Source: Cirrosporium novae-zelandiae
Taxonomy: Eukaryota
Direction: 5' to 3'
DNA length: 64,000 nucleotides
Assembly: GCA_026023565.1 (NCBI GenBank)
Contig: JAPETS010000043.1
Coordinates: 1-64,000 of the forward strand
Shown: one piece after another, positions 48,868-60,842 of the stretch
How positions within the stretch are numbered: the first letter of the stretch is position 1
How the letters are laid out: each line of letters begins with the position of its first letter
The notes under the pieces: generated by a model
Databases searched by the model: none
What the model saw: only the letters and a program-made list of their open reading frames with translations
What the model was told of the DNA's origin: nothing
Translations under genes and position numbers: made by a program

Positions 48868-50729
48868 ATGTATACAGTGTGGAACGTGTACGCCATTTGT
48901 GGCTTTGCTGCTCTTGGTACGATTTTTTCCTACTATATTAATTTCTGCGTCGGTAATATCCTTTTCGGGGGCTGATTTTCTATCAATTTAGGCGGAGGCC
49001 TTTTTGGTTTTGATATCTCGTCCATGTCCGGTGTTCTAGGCACATACGGCTATCTCAACTACTTCGGCGTAAATGGTGGCTATCGCCAAGGCGGTATCAC
49101 TTGTGCTATGCCAGCTGGTTCATTCGTCGGTGCATTGGCCTCATCTTTTATTGCTGATAAGTATTCTCGTAAAATTGCTATTCAAATTGGGTGCATCTTT
49201 TGGACAGTTGGTTCCATGTAGGTTTATTGAATGGCTTCTCAAGTCCTTCTCATGCTTATTTGATTAATAATGGTCAAAGTTTCCAAACTGCTGCCAATGG
49301 CATCGCACTTCTCTGCGTTGGTCGTGTCGTTGCTGGTGTTTGCGTTGGTATCTGCAGTGCTATGGTCCCTGTTTATCAGGCAGAAATCGCCCAGAAGGAA
49401 ATTCGTGGGCGTGTTGTTTCGCTACAACAATGGGCTATTACGTGGGGTATCTTGATCCAGTACTTTATTCAATATGGGTATGTCCCCTAAACAGCACGTT
49501 CTCGAGACGTCTAGATGGCTAACCGCTGATAACTTTATTTCAGCTCCTCTTTTACTCAAGGTGGCCCTGACAACCCAAATCAAGGCACGGCTTGCTTCCG
49601 CATCCCATGGGCCATTCAAATCGTTCCCGCCATCATCCTCTTCTGCGGGTTGTTTTTCTTCCCCAAGTCCCCCCGTTGGCTGGCTAGCAAAGATCGCTGG
49701 GAAGAAGCAATTCACGTGCTCGCTAATTTACATGGTGGTGGAGACGTTAACCACCCGAAGGTGTTGGCCGAGTACCAAGAAATTGAGGAACAACTGAGGT
49801 TTGAGAGAGAGGAGGCTGTTACCAGTTATAAAGCCCTCACAGAACGCAAAATGCTTAAGCGAGTTATCCTTGGAATGTCAATTCAGATGTATGACCCTTT
49901 TTCCCTTGACCCTTCCACCCCCCTCAACCCTTCAAAAGGAATTAACTGTCTTTGTTCCTAAAGGTGGTCCCAACTCTCTGGCATGAATGTAATGATGTAC
50001 TACATTGTTTACGTAATGCAAGGCGCTGGCGTGGGATCCCCCCTCCTAACAGCCTCCATCCAATATATCCTCAACGTTGTAATGACCCTCCCCGCCATAA
50101 TTTGGCTCGACAAATGGGGTCGACGTCCCTCCCTCGTTCTTGGCGCCTTTGGTATGGCCACTTTCCTCTTTATAGTCGGAGCCCTAGAAGGCTCCTACGG
50201 CCAACCAAACCCGCACACCGACCCCCGTATGGACGCCCTTACCTGGGTTCTCATAGGCCATAAGCCCGTCTCCAAAGCTATCATTGCTTGCTCCTACCTC
50301 TTTGTTTGTACATTCGCCATCACCTGGGGCCCTACCTCTTGGACCTACCCCTCAGAAATCTACCCGTCCAAAATTCGTGCCAAAGCTGTGTCTCTCTCCA
50401 CCGCCTCAAACTGGATCTGGAACTGCGCCCTCGCCTTCTTCGTCCCCCCTGCCCTATCCAACATCAATTGGAAAACGTACATGATGTTTGGGACGTTTAA
50501 CAGTGCTGCATGTATTCATATGTTCCTTACGGCGCCTGAGACTAAGGGCAAGACGTTGGAGGAAATGGATGTTGTATTTGAGAGTGGACGGCCGGCTTGG
50601 AAGGGTGTTCCTAAGGGCTCTAGGCTCGATGAGGTTCAGAAGAAGATTGAGGAGGGAGGGTTGAAGATTGCAGCGCCAGCAGTGGGGAACGTTCGGGAGA
50701 CGGAGATAGATCCTGAAAAGGCGGTTTAG
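48868..50729 (+). CDS. MFS sugar porter, Hgt1-like high-affinity hexose transporter subfamily
   Basis: Introns 48917-48991, 49218-49279, 49478-49543, 49889-49963. Motifs GGGLFGFDISSMS, PVYQAEIA..IRGRVVSLQQWAITWGI, PKSPRWL, QLSGMNVMMYY, DKWGRR and PETKGKTLEEMD. Confidence 0.93.
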
Positions 50730-51422
50730 GACTTTGGGACGACCCTACGTGTTTCCTTTTGATGTCTGCTTATCTGTGCTATGAAGGGGCAAGAATGAAT
50801 GAAAAGAGAGGTCAAAAGGGGGTTCAATGACATGATATGACATGAATTAATATGTGGATGTAGTTGGGGATATATGTTAAGTAATTCATTCTTCTCGAGT
50901 AGTGTAACCAGCTAGCTTATATACCTATGCATGCATGGCTAGCCAATATTAGAAAAATTCTTATTAAACATCAAGTAATACTCTTGGCCTATAGCATGAT
51001 TCACCTACATTCTATTTCCATGTCTCCACAACCGTTTTTGGTTTGGGGGCGCAACAAGGGTAATTACTGCATTTCAATTCATCATGTCAATACCCTCTTT
51101 TTATTTTCGAAGTCCTAGCTCACTTTACTACCGGGCACTAATTTCATCCATTGATTTTGTCTATCCACCTATCATCTCTATATGGTAAATTGAAAATTGT
51201 AATAGATCTTCCTTACTCCTTCGGACTCTAAATCTCACCCCTTTTTCTCTATCATCAGTCATCACATCCAAGAAAACCAGATAAACATTTATCCATCCAT
51301 GCAAAAGACAATTATCTTTCGATAGCCACCCCATCAACTGTCATTTCATTATCCGTACACTCTCAACATCGACGATAATGAATACCAAGGCTGATAGGTG
51401 AGAATTTTGGCCTCGTTTGGAT

Positions 51423-52348
51423 TTATCGGATGAATGGAATCCCTACAGGGGTCCGTTTGCGGTAGTTAGTGTAGTCATCACCGAAGAATCCGACTAGGAA
51501 GCGCTCTTCTGCTGTTGTGGGATGTTAGTATTTTAGGATTACGATAAGTGATCATATAGGGGGGGGGAGGTAAGTAACACGAAAGCACACTCACACCAAA
51601 TCCTGCCGCTAAAAAACCTCCACAGCACCACTGCAAATCCGACAAAGCACGCGTAATTCCCCAGCATGATTTGCGTCCCTAGCGCCCACCAGAAATACCC
51701 AAAGTAGCTTGGATGCCGGAAATACGCGTAGATCCCCCGCGTCACGAGGACGTGGCCCTCTTTCCTGGATGTCTGCACCGTGTGGTTGAAGGATTCGCCA
51801 GCCTGCATCATGGCGATTGTACGAACTATTTGGCCGGCGAAGATGAGGAGAATACCGAGGGCGGGGGAGAGGTTACGGGGAAATGGGAGGAAATGAAGAT
51901 TGGGGTAACAAAGGTGGGAGAATATACATTCTAAGAATGCGCTCACGTGCGCGATTGTGTATGCGGAGCCATTACTGCTGAATAGGAAGGCAGATACGGT
52001 GGCGTAGTTGGTGTTATAGGCAGCGGTAGTCCAATATTCTAGAAAGTGGAAAAGGGAGAGGGTAAGCAGGAAGAAGGGGATGCGCCAGAGCGGGGTGGAG
52101 ATCTGGAGGAGGAGGTAGGGGGTTAGCAGGATGGATGTGCCTGTTGTGATTCCTAGGAGATAGGCGCGGAGGGATATCCCAGAGAGGGATTTGGGGCCTG
52201 TCGGGAGGTTTGACCAGTCAGTGTACGGGTGGGATTTACGTGGAGAATTGGGAGCGGCGGAAGGTGGGGTCCAAGGTTTAGATGTCGTGGAGTTTGGAAA
52301 CTCGCCGCGATAGGCCGTCCCGGGAGATGAGGTGTCCGTTGCTACCAT
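51423..52348 (-). CDS. STE14: Isoprenylcysteine carboxyl methyltransferase Ste14/ICMT
   Basis: Intron 51594-51512. Motifs FHFLEY, SFNHTVQ, LVTRGIYAYFRHPSYFGYFWW and RIWSEERFLVGFFGDDYTNYRKRTPVGIPFIR. Confidence 0.95.
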
Positions 52349-52986
52349 AGTGACTTCTGCAGGGGTCTTCTTTTTGCTTTTCTCCTTCTCTCTTTTTCCT
52401 CGCTACTTTCAAAGTGGGGGGTGAATTGATCAGGTTATCGGAAGTATGCGATGGCGGTTGATGATTGAGAAAGCATGGTAGAAATAACTGCAATCTAAAA
52501 AGAAGGAAAGACTTTAGGTTGGTTCTTGATTGGTTATAACAAACTTGGAGAAAAAAACATAAAGTGCTTTGTCGAAGACTTGTTGAATGCGGAGATGTCG
52601 TTAGGGCAAGGTTGTCAAATAAGGAGATATTTGGGGTAAAGAAGCTTAATATTGTTGTTTTGTGGAGCCGAGATTAGATTTATTTATTTAGGGTTAGCTT
52701 ATGCCATTATTTACTAATTAGTTGTCATCATCTTTTATGCTCAACTCTCCTTGTTAAAAGCACTATGACGTTTTCAACTATATGTATCTTCGTATATCGC
52801 CTTATATTCATCTACACTCAGTCGATCTATCCATCACATCAGTCAGTTGTTATATCTTTATATATTTCATATTTATTCTAATAGACACCGATGAATGGCC
52901 GCCAAGGCTGACTATTCCCCCTATAGCTATACCCCAATAAGATAGTCTACAATTAGTCGTCGAATGTTATTCTGTAAATTCAAACA

Positions 52987-54450
52987 ATGACTTCCTTCCA
53001 TTTCTTAGCCTTTCTATTAGTTCTATATATTTGTTTGATTCGATGGGTACAATTAATGCGCACTCTTATTTGGCTTGTCCGTTGGCATAGGATCTTTCGC
53101 CCTCATATCCTTCTCCACTTCCATATCCCTACCTAGTTAAACAGGAATGAGCCCGAGCACCCCGATGAAGAGAGTGTCATTAAAGTGTATCCTTTCGATG
53201 TAGAAGCGTGTATTGGACTCCACAATAGAATCCAACACCATGCTCTAGATGTATACTCAAAACGCGATCAAGTTTGCGTCCAGTGGAACTGGTTTGAATT
53301 TTATGGAGAAGCGGTCAAAGCGAGAAGGGACAAATTTACGGAACCCATGTTTCAATTTCTAGAGCGGATTGATATTTAAGACGGACACCAGTTTTCGTTT
53401 ATACCTAAACTACGTGGGGTGTCGTACGCATCCTTCATGTTCCAGAACGATAGTGGTGGAGTGTTTTTTGGAGAATATGGTGATTGCATTGTCTTATACT
53501 AACCAATTAATTGTCATGATGACTACGAGTTAGGTCTCATTTTTGATATGGAGAGAAATGTAGCCTCCTACTTTGAGGATATATTTATTTCTTTCCGCGC
53601 ATCGACCGAATAGCGCACCCTGCAACAACAAGCACTTCAAGTTTACTGGGAGATGATTGAACATGGAAAGTATCAGGCTGCTCCTGATGCGGGTTGGGAT
53701 TCGAACTACAGACCAGCAGGCTGGAGGATCCAATCGTACTCCGAGTACGATATTTAAAAGATGATGAAGGGGTGGGATGACCTCCTGTAGGCGATTGGGG
53801 ACAAGTTTCCTAGAACTCGTGCGCCAATTGAAAGTAGCGGTCTAATTGACGAGGAAACTTTGAAACGATGGCCAGTTAGTGGCTTTGTGCGCGAGTTTCT
53901 CCTCAGAGCCAAAGGACCGGGATTTAAGTTCATTGCTTCAGGCCTGCAGATTCTAAATGCTGCGCATTAAATACGTTGGGCCATCTCCGATCTCTTACCG
54001 AGGATGAAGAAGAAAGCGGTCGGTCTAGTCCTCCCTTCCTTCTATTCCCTAGCTAGAGAAAAGTTGAATATTGGAGCGAGTACGACGATAAATCCCGTCT
54101 ATCAGAATACTGGAGAATGACCAAAATGATAGATAACTGCGCAGGCATATACGTTCTCCTGATGATGAATAGGGCGACGGAGCTGAACCACATTCGACAA
54201 GCTGATGGATCGGGGGAATGGTCATGTAGCAACGTTGCACTTTTTCAGTATGGCTCGTATCCATATATTGAGTATTAGTTGGCACCCTAAACATCTATGG
54301 TCCTACTTTGATCATTTCCGGCAGATGGTGGAAAGCGGCTTCTAGGCTGTGGGACCCGAAGGTGTGGAGAATGATATTGAGAATTTCAGGTTAGCCGACA
54401 CAGCCGAGCATTCTCAGCGATTTATCTTAGATCGCACATGCTCTTGGTAA
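52987..54450 (+). pseudogene. Pseudogene of an uncharacterised fungal protein family
   Basis: One frame from ATG 52987 to ~53970 reads as protein (FDVEACIGLHNRI, NWFEFYG, WEMIEHGK, WDDLLxAI, FLLRAKGPGFKFIASGL) with 7 in-frame stops. After frameshifts it ends RQMVESGFxAVGPEGVENDIENFRLADTAEH...W-stop at 54450. Confidence 0.8.
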
Positions 54451-55957
54451 TACAGACACTATTCAAAGCAAGATTCAGATGTTAGGGAGATATGGATGGG
54501 CCAAGTCACACAGAGCTCTCCCCGACGAATGATATATCTCGTAATCCATTGCCATTTGTGGTAATTAATGACCATGGCGGCTTATGACTGGCCGAAAAAT
54601 AAGTCTATTGTTTAGAAAGCAGACGGCAGCATGATATGACTTGGATATGTAGCTGTTATGTCCTTGATAGAAACTACCTAATCAGTATCTTACTGCATTA
54701 TTCCTGGCTATCATCTCTAATGTTCCCAGATCCATCGACACTTGCTTTCCTAGCCTCACTGCGATTCCGTGCTTTCGTAGACATCTAGGCGCATTGATGG
54801 TTGAAAATCGAATAGCGGCTTCCCTAAAATGTGGGTCCGATTGTATACTTTTGTCAGATCCTGCCCTTCCTCTGTTGCGGATGCGGGGTGACTGACGATA
54901 ACAAGGCGGTTGCTTTGGAAGTAAGGCAAATATTCTTCATAATTATTGTCCTTTGGCTATTGGCTACCTAGTATTATATTGTGCTTAATGGGAGATTTTT
55001 TTCTTCTTTCCCTTTTTGGGGTTTTATCCACGCTTTGACAGATAGGTAGTTCCCTAGTTGGAGGTGATGAGATTGTTTCAGATTCCAGGTTAGATATTTC
55101 CGTGGAATGGCAGATGCAGATATTTTCGGGGGAACTATTTGGAAGAAGTGGATAGGTGAATAAATAAATTGATGAGGTAATAACTCGCTCAATTCCTCAC
55201 GAATGGTCCAATTGACTCGATGTCCCCAATTGGCTGCTCGGGTTGTTTTCATTCTGTTGGGTCGTGGACTCGTGGGATCTTAGATGGTTTTTAATTGATA
55301 TAAACCAATCAAAAGACTTTTACTTAAAAGGGTAAGTGGTTTGTATATATCATTTGTTCCTAGAGACACTTTCTACTGGAGAGATAACTTACTGCAGATA
55401 TATATTACTTCCTTAGGGTTATAGCCCTAGATCGGAGGCTCAACGGGAAGAAAAGCGTGGTTGACCAGGAATAATAATTAAGATGCACGGAACCCTTAGC
55501 AACATACAAGTACTAACTTACTTCCTGCAAAATTACCAACCGTCAACTATCATCCTTTCTTCTTACAATGTCACCATCCTCTGTCGGCTGAACTTTCGGG
55601 GAAAAAAGATACTCCTTCAACATGAATTCCATGGATTTTGTGGATTTCCCGATGAGTAATAAGTAAAAAGTACACTTTATCACGAAAAAGGCCAGGTTCA
55701 ATCATGTCATAAGAACAAGGGTTCTTCCCCCCCACACCTAACTCCCAACTTTAGAGCAAAGGGAGATTCGATGATTCGCTTATCTTATTGCCTGTTTGGG
55801 CAATCAAGTTATTCCTTTCCCCAGTCTCATTTATTTCCATATGTTCCGTGGCTTCATAAATTCCCAATTGACCTCGATTGACTTCAATTGACTTCTTCCT
55901 CATATCATCTCTTGTCCATCAACCTAGTGACCCTACCCTACCCCCCACTCACCCAAA

Positions 55958-56805
55958 ATGCCTGTCAACATTTCCATCGACCTTTCCGAAAACAAAAAAC
56001 GCATGCTTGCAGGTGAACTGTACCATGCTTTTACTTCAGACCTAGTTCAAGAGCGCCAACGTTGCGCCCATGCCTGCCACCGCTACAATACTGCTGGTGA
56101 GGTATCAAGACGTCAGCTAGTTGAGCTATGGAGAGAGTAAGTATGTGAAGAGGAAGTTTCTGCCTTTAGTACCCTTCTATTGCTTGCTCCTTCCTAGAAC
56201 CACTCCCTCCTCCTCAATCTCTTACCACTGACACTCCTTGCGCCATATCAAGAGTTCAAGATGATCACACACCACTCCCACCACCCGCAACCTCTCAGGA
56301 AGAAGACGACAACCTCTTCGACGACGACCCATGGATCGAAGCTCCTATACGCATCGATTATGGCACTCTCCCTCACCTCCACATCGGCTCTAACGTCTAC
56401 ATAAATGCTAATTGCCACATAATCGACACTTGCCCTATTACAATTGGCTCTCGTACTCTCATTGGCCCTAACGTTTCCTTCTTCAGCGGCACACACCCGC
56501 TCGATCCGGCTCTCCGCAACGGTACCAGAGGGCCAGAATCGGGAAAGGCAGTTATGATCGGCGAGGATTGCTGGATCGGAGGGAATGCCGTGATACTGCC
56601 AGGAGTGGTTGTTGGGAGGGGAGCTACGATTGGTGCCGGGAGTGTGGTTACGAAAAATGTGGAGGCTTTCACGGTGGTGGCGGGAAATCCAGCGAGAATG
56701 ATCAAGAGAATTGTCACGAGTATGAATCCGAAACAGAACACAAAAGGGATTAACGAGAATCAATTGAAAGGAGCAGAAAAGCCTATGACGGAAATGGCAC
56801 TATAA
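55958..56805 (+). CDS. Maltose/galactoside O-acetyltransferase (Mac domain plus hexapeptide left-handed beta-helix)
   Basis: Intron 56137-56252. Motifs NKKRMLAGELY, PIRIDYG, IGPNVSFFSGTHP and IGEDCWIGGNAVILPGVVVGRGATIGAGSVVTK...VAGNPAR. Confidence 0.92.
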
Positions 56806-57046
56806 CAACTCTAATTCCTAGTTGAGTAGGGTTGGTGTAGGCCATGGTTTTGACAATCAAATTTAGCTACAGGCAAATTAGTAGTAACTACCGATTGCCT
56901 ATATATAATATAATATAATTAATCAATACAATATAACAAATAAATTTCCTCTCGCTATGACCTCGAATAGATGCTATGCCTACCTATATACTTACACTAC
57001 CTTCCAAAACTACCTTCCCCCACCACTCCTCCCACATGCTAGCTAG

Positions 57047-57565
57047 TCATGCTCTCATAATAAACTTATAACCGGTAGCGGCACTCATGCCAAACAGCCC
57101 CAGAAGCGCGAGGCTCCCCCAACCCCCCACTCGCCTTCCACTCCCATTCACATTTCCCTTCTCAATCGGCTTCGTATACCCATAAAGATACAACCCCCTA
57201 GCAAAACACCACGCTAGCCCTAACCCTGCCGCCGCGCGCGGGTACTCCAACCCGGCAATCAGCAGTGTTGTAATAGCGGAAGGCTGGGCCTCGAGGAAAT
57301 TGGCGTGCGCGCGCTGGGCGCAGTTGAAGAGGTAGGCGGGCTCGGAGGCACTGGCTTGCTCGGCAGTGGCGTAGGTGTTTGGGTAGGGAATTTTTGCGAG
57401 CTTGCGGAATTTGGCGGTCCGCAAGGTGTGTAGGGCTGTTAGGAAGGAGGCGGCGGTAGCAGAGAGAAGGACATAGCTGTCGTGATGTTAGTTAAGCTGT
57501 TACTTGGGAGGGTAGGAAAGGGGCAAGAACCCATAGTCATCGGGAATTGTGAGTGTCAGAGGCAT
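57047..57565 (-). CDS. MAPEG-family microsomal glutathione S-transferase (MGST3-like)
   Basis: ATG at 57565; intron 57530-57477. Motifs IPDDYGYV, RKLAKIPYPNTYA, FNCAQRAHANFLE and RGLYLYGY. Confidence 0.92.
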
Positions 57566-58457
57566 GGCTGGTAATATTGGTTTTCTGAGGGTGGTTCGAT
57601 TTGATCAATTGAGGTGGAAAAAGTTTGCGAAGATTATCTCTTGTCAATAGTTTTAAATGTTTCGTTCTTTCTTTCTCACACGAATGCTGGGTAAAGAAGC
57701 TCTCTATTGATTGAAGTGAAGATTTACTAGAGAATAAAAGAAAGAGCCAATTTGAAATATATAGATCCTCCCTTAAAGTAATTACTGGATTGAATTCAGA
57801 AGAAAGGAGAAAATAGACGAAAAATAGCCCCCTCCAACCCCGCACCCGCAGTTCAATTCACCCGACGGCGATTGCAGTTCCTCCGGATCGGTTTCAGCAG
57901 GACAGCGATTTTTCTGCCTTCCGACTCCTGAAGTGAGTACAAGGTAAGGAAATGCTGGTGCCTGAATCCTTGGAAAAGGAATAAGGAAATTAATAAGGAA
58001 TGTTTTGACTATATTTTTGAGTCATAACTTTTTAGGAGATAAGTTGATCGTGTCCTTACTTGTTTCGCCGATCCTTCCTGATATTTGTCTTGTGTAACAC
58101 TGAGACGGATAGATTAATAATGTAATAAGCGTAATCATTTACATCTCGGTGAGATTGAAGTGTATACACATACTGCAAATGCAGTGAAAGGTTTTTAAAA
58201 AAATAAAAATAAAAAACTGGGAGTGAAGCGATGTGAAATTTTTTATTTATTTTGAAGCATCTGTCCATGACTTGATTCATGGCTGCCAAGTGCTTACTCG
58301 TTCTGTCATCATTCCAAATTATGATGATGTGATTGATAGTCAATTAGCTAATTAAAGAGCCTTCGCGTATCTTATGTGGATAATCGAGGGGCGTAACGTT
58401 TTAATATTCATTTCAGTCATAAATAGCAAGTTGCAATGTGCTGTATACGAAAAATAT

Positions 58458-60158
58458 CTACTTAATGGTAGCTACGTCCTTGCTGACACTCCCGTACTTC
58501 GCCTGCCATGCAAAGAAATATAGCAGTGCTGCCAATGGCTGTCCTACTAAACAAAAGCTCACCCAGAAGAGACAATTGCCTATGATTTTCCCCGTCACGC
58601 CTCTAAATTCCTCCAGAGGAGCGGTAAATAGGATCAGAGGAATCTGGAAGAGCATTCCCGCGCATGCGACACCTGAAAGGTCCATCAGAACAAGGGAATG
58701 CTAATGAGAGACAATCCAACTCACCTAGGATATTATGAGTAGGGACTCCTACTAACAGCTCATGCAAGATGCCTGAAAGAACAAAGACCATGGCACTGGC
58801 AAGTTTAGAGGGGCAACCTCGTCCAACAAGAGGGAAATAAACGTGTCTCTTCATGAAACTATAAACGGGTTTGTTCCATGTCCTCCAATAAACGCCCAGA
58901 CTAGGACTGTTCCACCAATCGGTGTAAAATTCTCGGTCTCCAAATCTCATAATCTCCGCGAGGGCATTGAGGAAAGATTGGAAAAGAGCAAAGAAGCCAG
59001 CTAGCCAGATAACAAGTGAGATGGTAGACATCTTCATAATGCGTTCTAGGATGGAGACTATATCAAGAGCTACTAGCTTGTCTAGCGAATTTCGAAGGAG
59101 AGGGGCTCCGTACTGAGCGGAGATTAACCAGATAAAGACACTGAGACCAGTGACTTCAAGAACTCGCTTGAAAACAAACATCCACCGAATACTGTTTGTT
59201 CGGGGATAGACGGGCTGATAGACCAAGGTTGGAGCCCACCAAAAGTACGTCAAATTTTTAAGTGTAATATTTTGTGGATACGGGCAAGATGCATAAATCG
59301 CCGGCAACGAAGAAGATTCGAACGGATTTAATAAGGCGTGTCGGAGGTCCCGATTTGTAAAAGCATAGGAACAAGTTTTCAGCCAAACGACGACAGCGTG
59401 AAGTTCAGAGACGGTACCTATGCCAGGATGATGTATATAATAGTAAACAACAAACGATGAAATAAGTAAATTCAGAGTTGCGTTGATCGTATGAGCAATT
59501 GCTATAATCCACCAAGCTGCCTGGAATGCCTTGTGTTCCTCGACACTTTCTGTTCGGTCAATACCAATTTCAGTTTTCTTTCGTCGTCCAATTGCCCCCT
59601 TCGCTTGTTGAGCGGCAGCCAATTCGATCACATAGGCAACAAGTAGGTGGCAAGGTGTCAGAAGGTAAAGAACAACGCCGAGAATAACGTCTTGTTTCCG
59701 ATAATCATGGCATCGTAAGCAGATCAGAACTCCATACTACATTCAAAGTTAAGCAAATGAATTAAGAAACGAAGGATGAATAGTTGACGAACTTTCGTAA
59801 AGTTTTCTACCATTAACCGTAGATTCATAACAACTATGGTCGGCCTCTGTCAGTATCAATTCCTTGTTTGAGTAGAAATCTACTCACTGAGAACGATAAC
59901 GGTTAAGTTTCGAAGTCCCACGAAGCTAGGTACTTTTTCAGTATCACGACTTAAGCAAGATGCTCGAATTTTCGAATGAACGGCTCCAATGTGCCTATAT
60001 TTCTTGGTCACAGCATCATGCTCTGTAGATCCCGACGTTGACCCATTTGTAGTCGCTTTTGACGGCGTGGCATGCACCTCACTATTAGGGGCCGTTGAAC
60101 TTGGTGCTGGTATTCCATGGCTGGTCTCCATGATATGTATATCCGTGGTCGTAGACAT
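58458..60158 (-). CDS. DGAT1: MBOAT diacylglycerol O-acyltransferase (DGAT1 type)
   Basis: Introns 59887-59834, 59792-59737, 58724-58673. Motifs AVHSK...SCLS...SFVGLRNL, YFWWAPTLVYQPVYPR, FGDREFYTDWWN, WNKPVY, catalytic HE and GNCLFW...GQP. Confidence 0.9.
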
Positions 60159-60842
60159 TTTGACTATATGGATAATTGTAGTATGAGCGGGAATTTCTGC
60201 GGGCCAGGTTTCAAAGTGACGTGGAATGTTTAGAGTCTCGAGGGTTCACGGTCTGCACCAATTCCAAGAATATTGAGCATCCGAGGTACTTTTACAGAGC
60301 CAACATTTGGCATGATGCTTATCAATTGATGAATTTTGAACTTTTTGATGGAGAAAGTTTCAGGAAGACACCGTCAACAATTAAGAAGGGAATCTTGGAA
60401 AGAGGGAACCTCTAATGCGGTTGACATGCCAGTTTTGACGCCATCACAACGCCATTGTGCGAGTGGGGTACTAAGTACCTAGGAAGGCACCTAAGATAGT
60501 TTCTGCCCCACGACCCACGGGAGATTTTGATGAAACCGAGGCCAATTAGAAAGGGCTTGCAGGGGTTAATCAATGTACTGTACAGGTACTGTACATATAC
60601 CTTGTCACGCTTGTTTAGAGTAGAGCTTGGGCCTTGTCAACTTCAATAATTTACAACTTGTTAATCATAATTGTATACGGTGATACCTACCGACATAAGT
60701 TTAGTAGTACATTGTATTTTTTTATAATACTATGCCCTATATCCCACAACTGTGCATCTATCATACCTGCCTATGCGAATATCTTGGCTGCGAGCTACCA
60801 TCCTCTTGAACATTTCAACCTTCCAATAGGAAAAGAGCACCC

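Noticed and set aside
31534..52348. Functional clustering of CaaX substrate RHO2 with CaaX methyltransferase STE14
   Set aside because: They are about 19 kb and six genes apart, with no evidence beyond coincidence.
57840..57935. GC-rich patch with a U-rich Sm-site-like word (gatttttctg)
   Set aside because: No recognisable snRNA or tRNA boxes or fold; most likely part of the MAPEG promoter.
48868..60158. Possible secondary-metabolite or glycolipid gene cluster (transporter, acetyltransferase, GST, acyltransferase)
   Set aside because: There is no backbone enzyme (PKS, NRPS, terpene synthase, glycosyltransferase) or cluster regulator, and the genes are interspersed with housekeeping genes.
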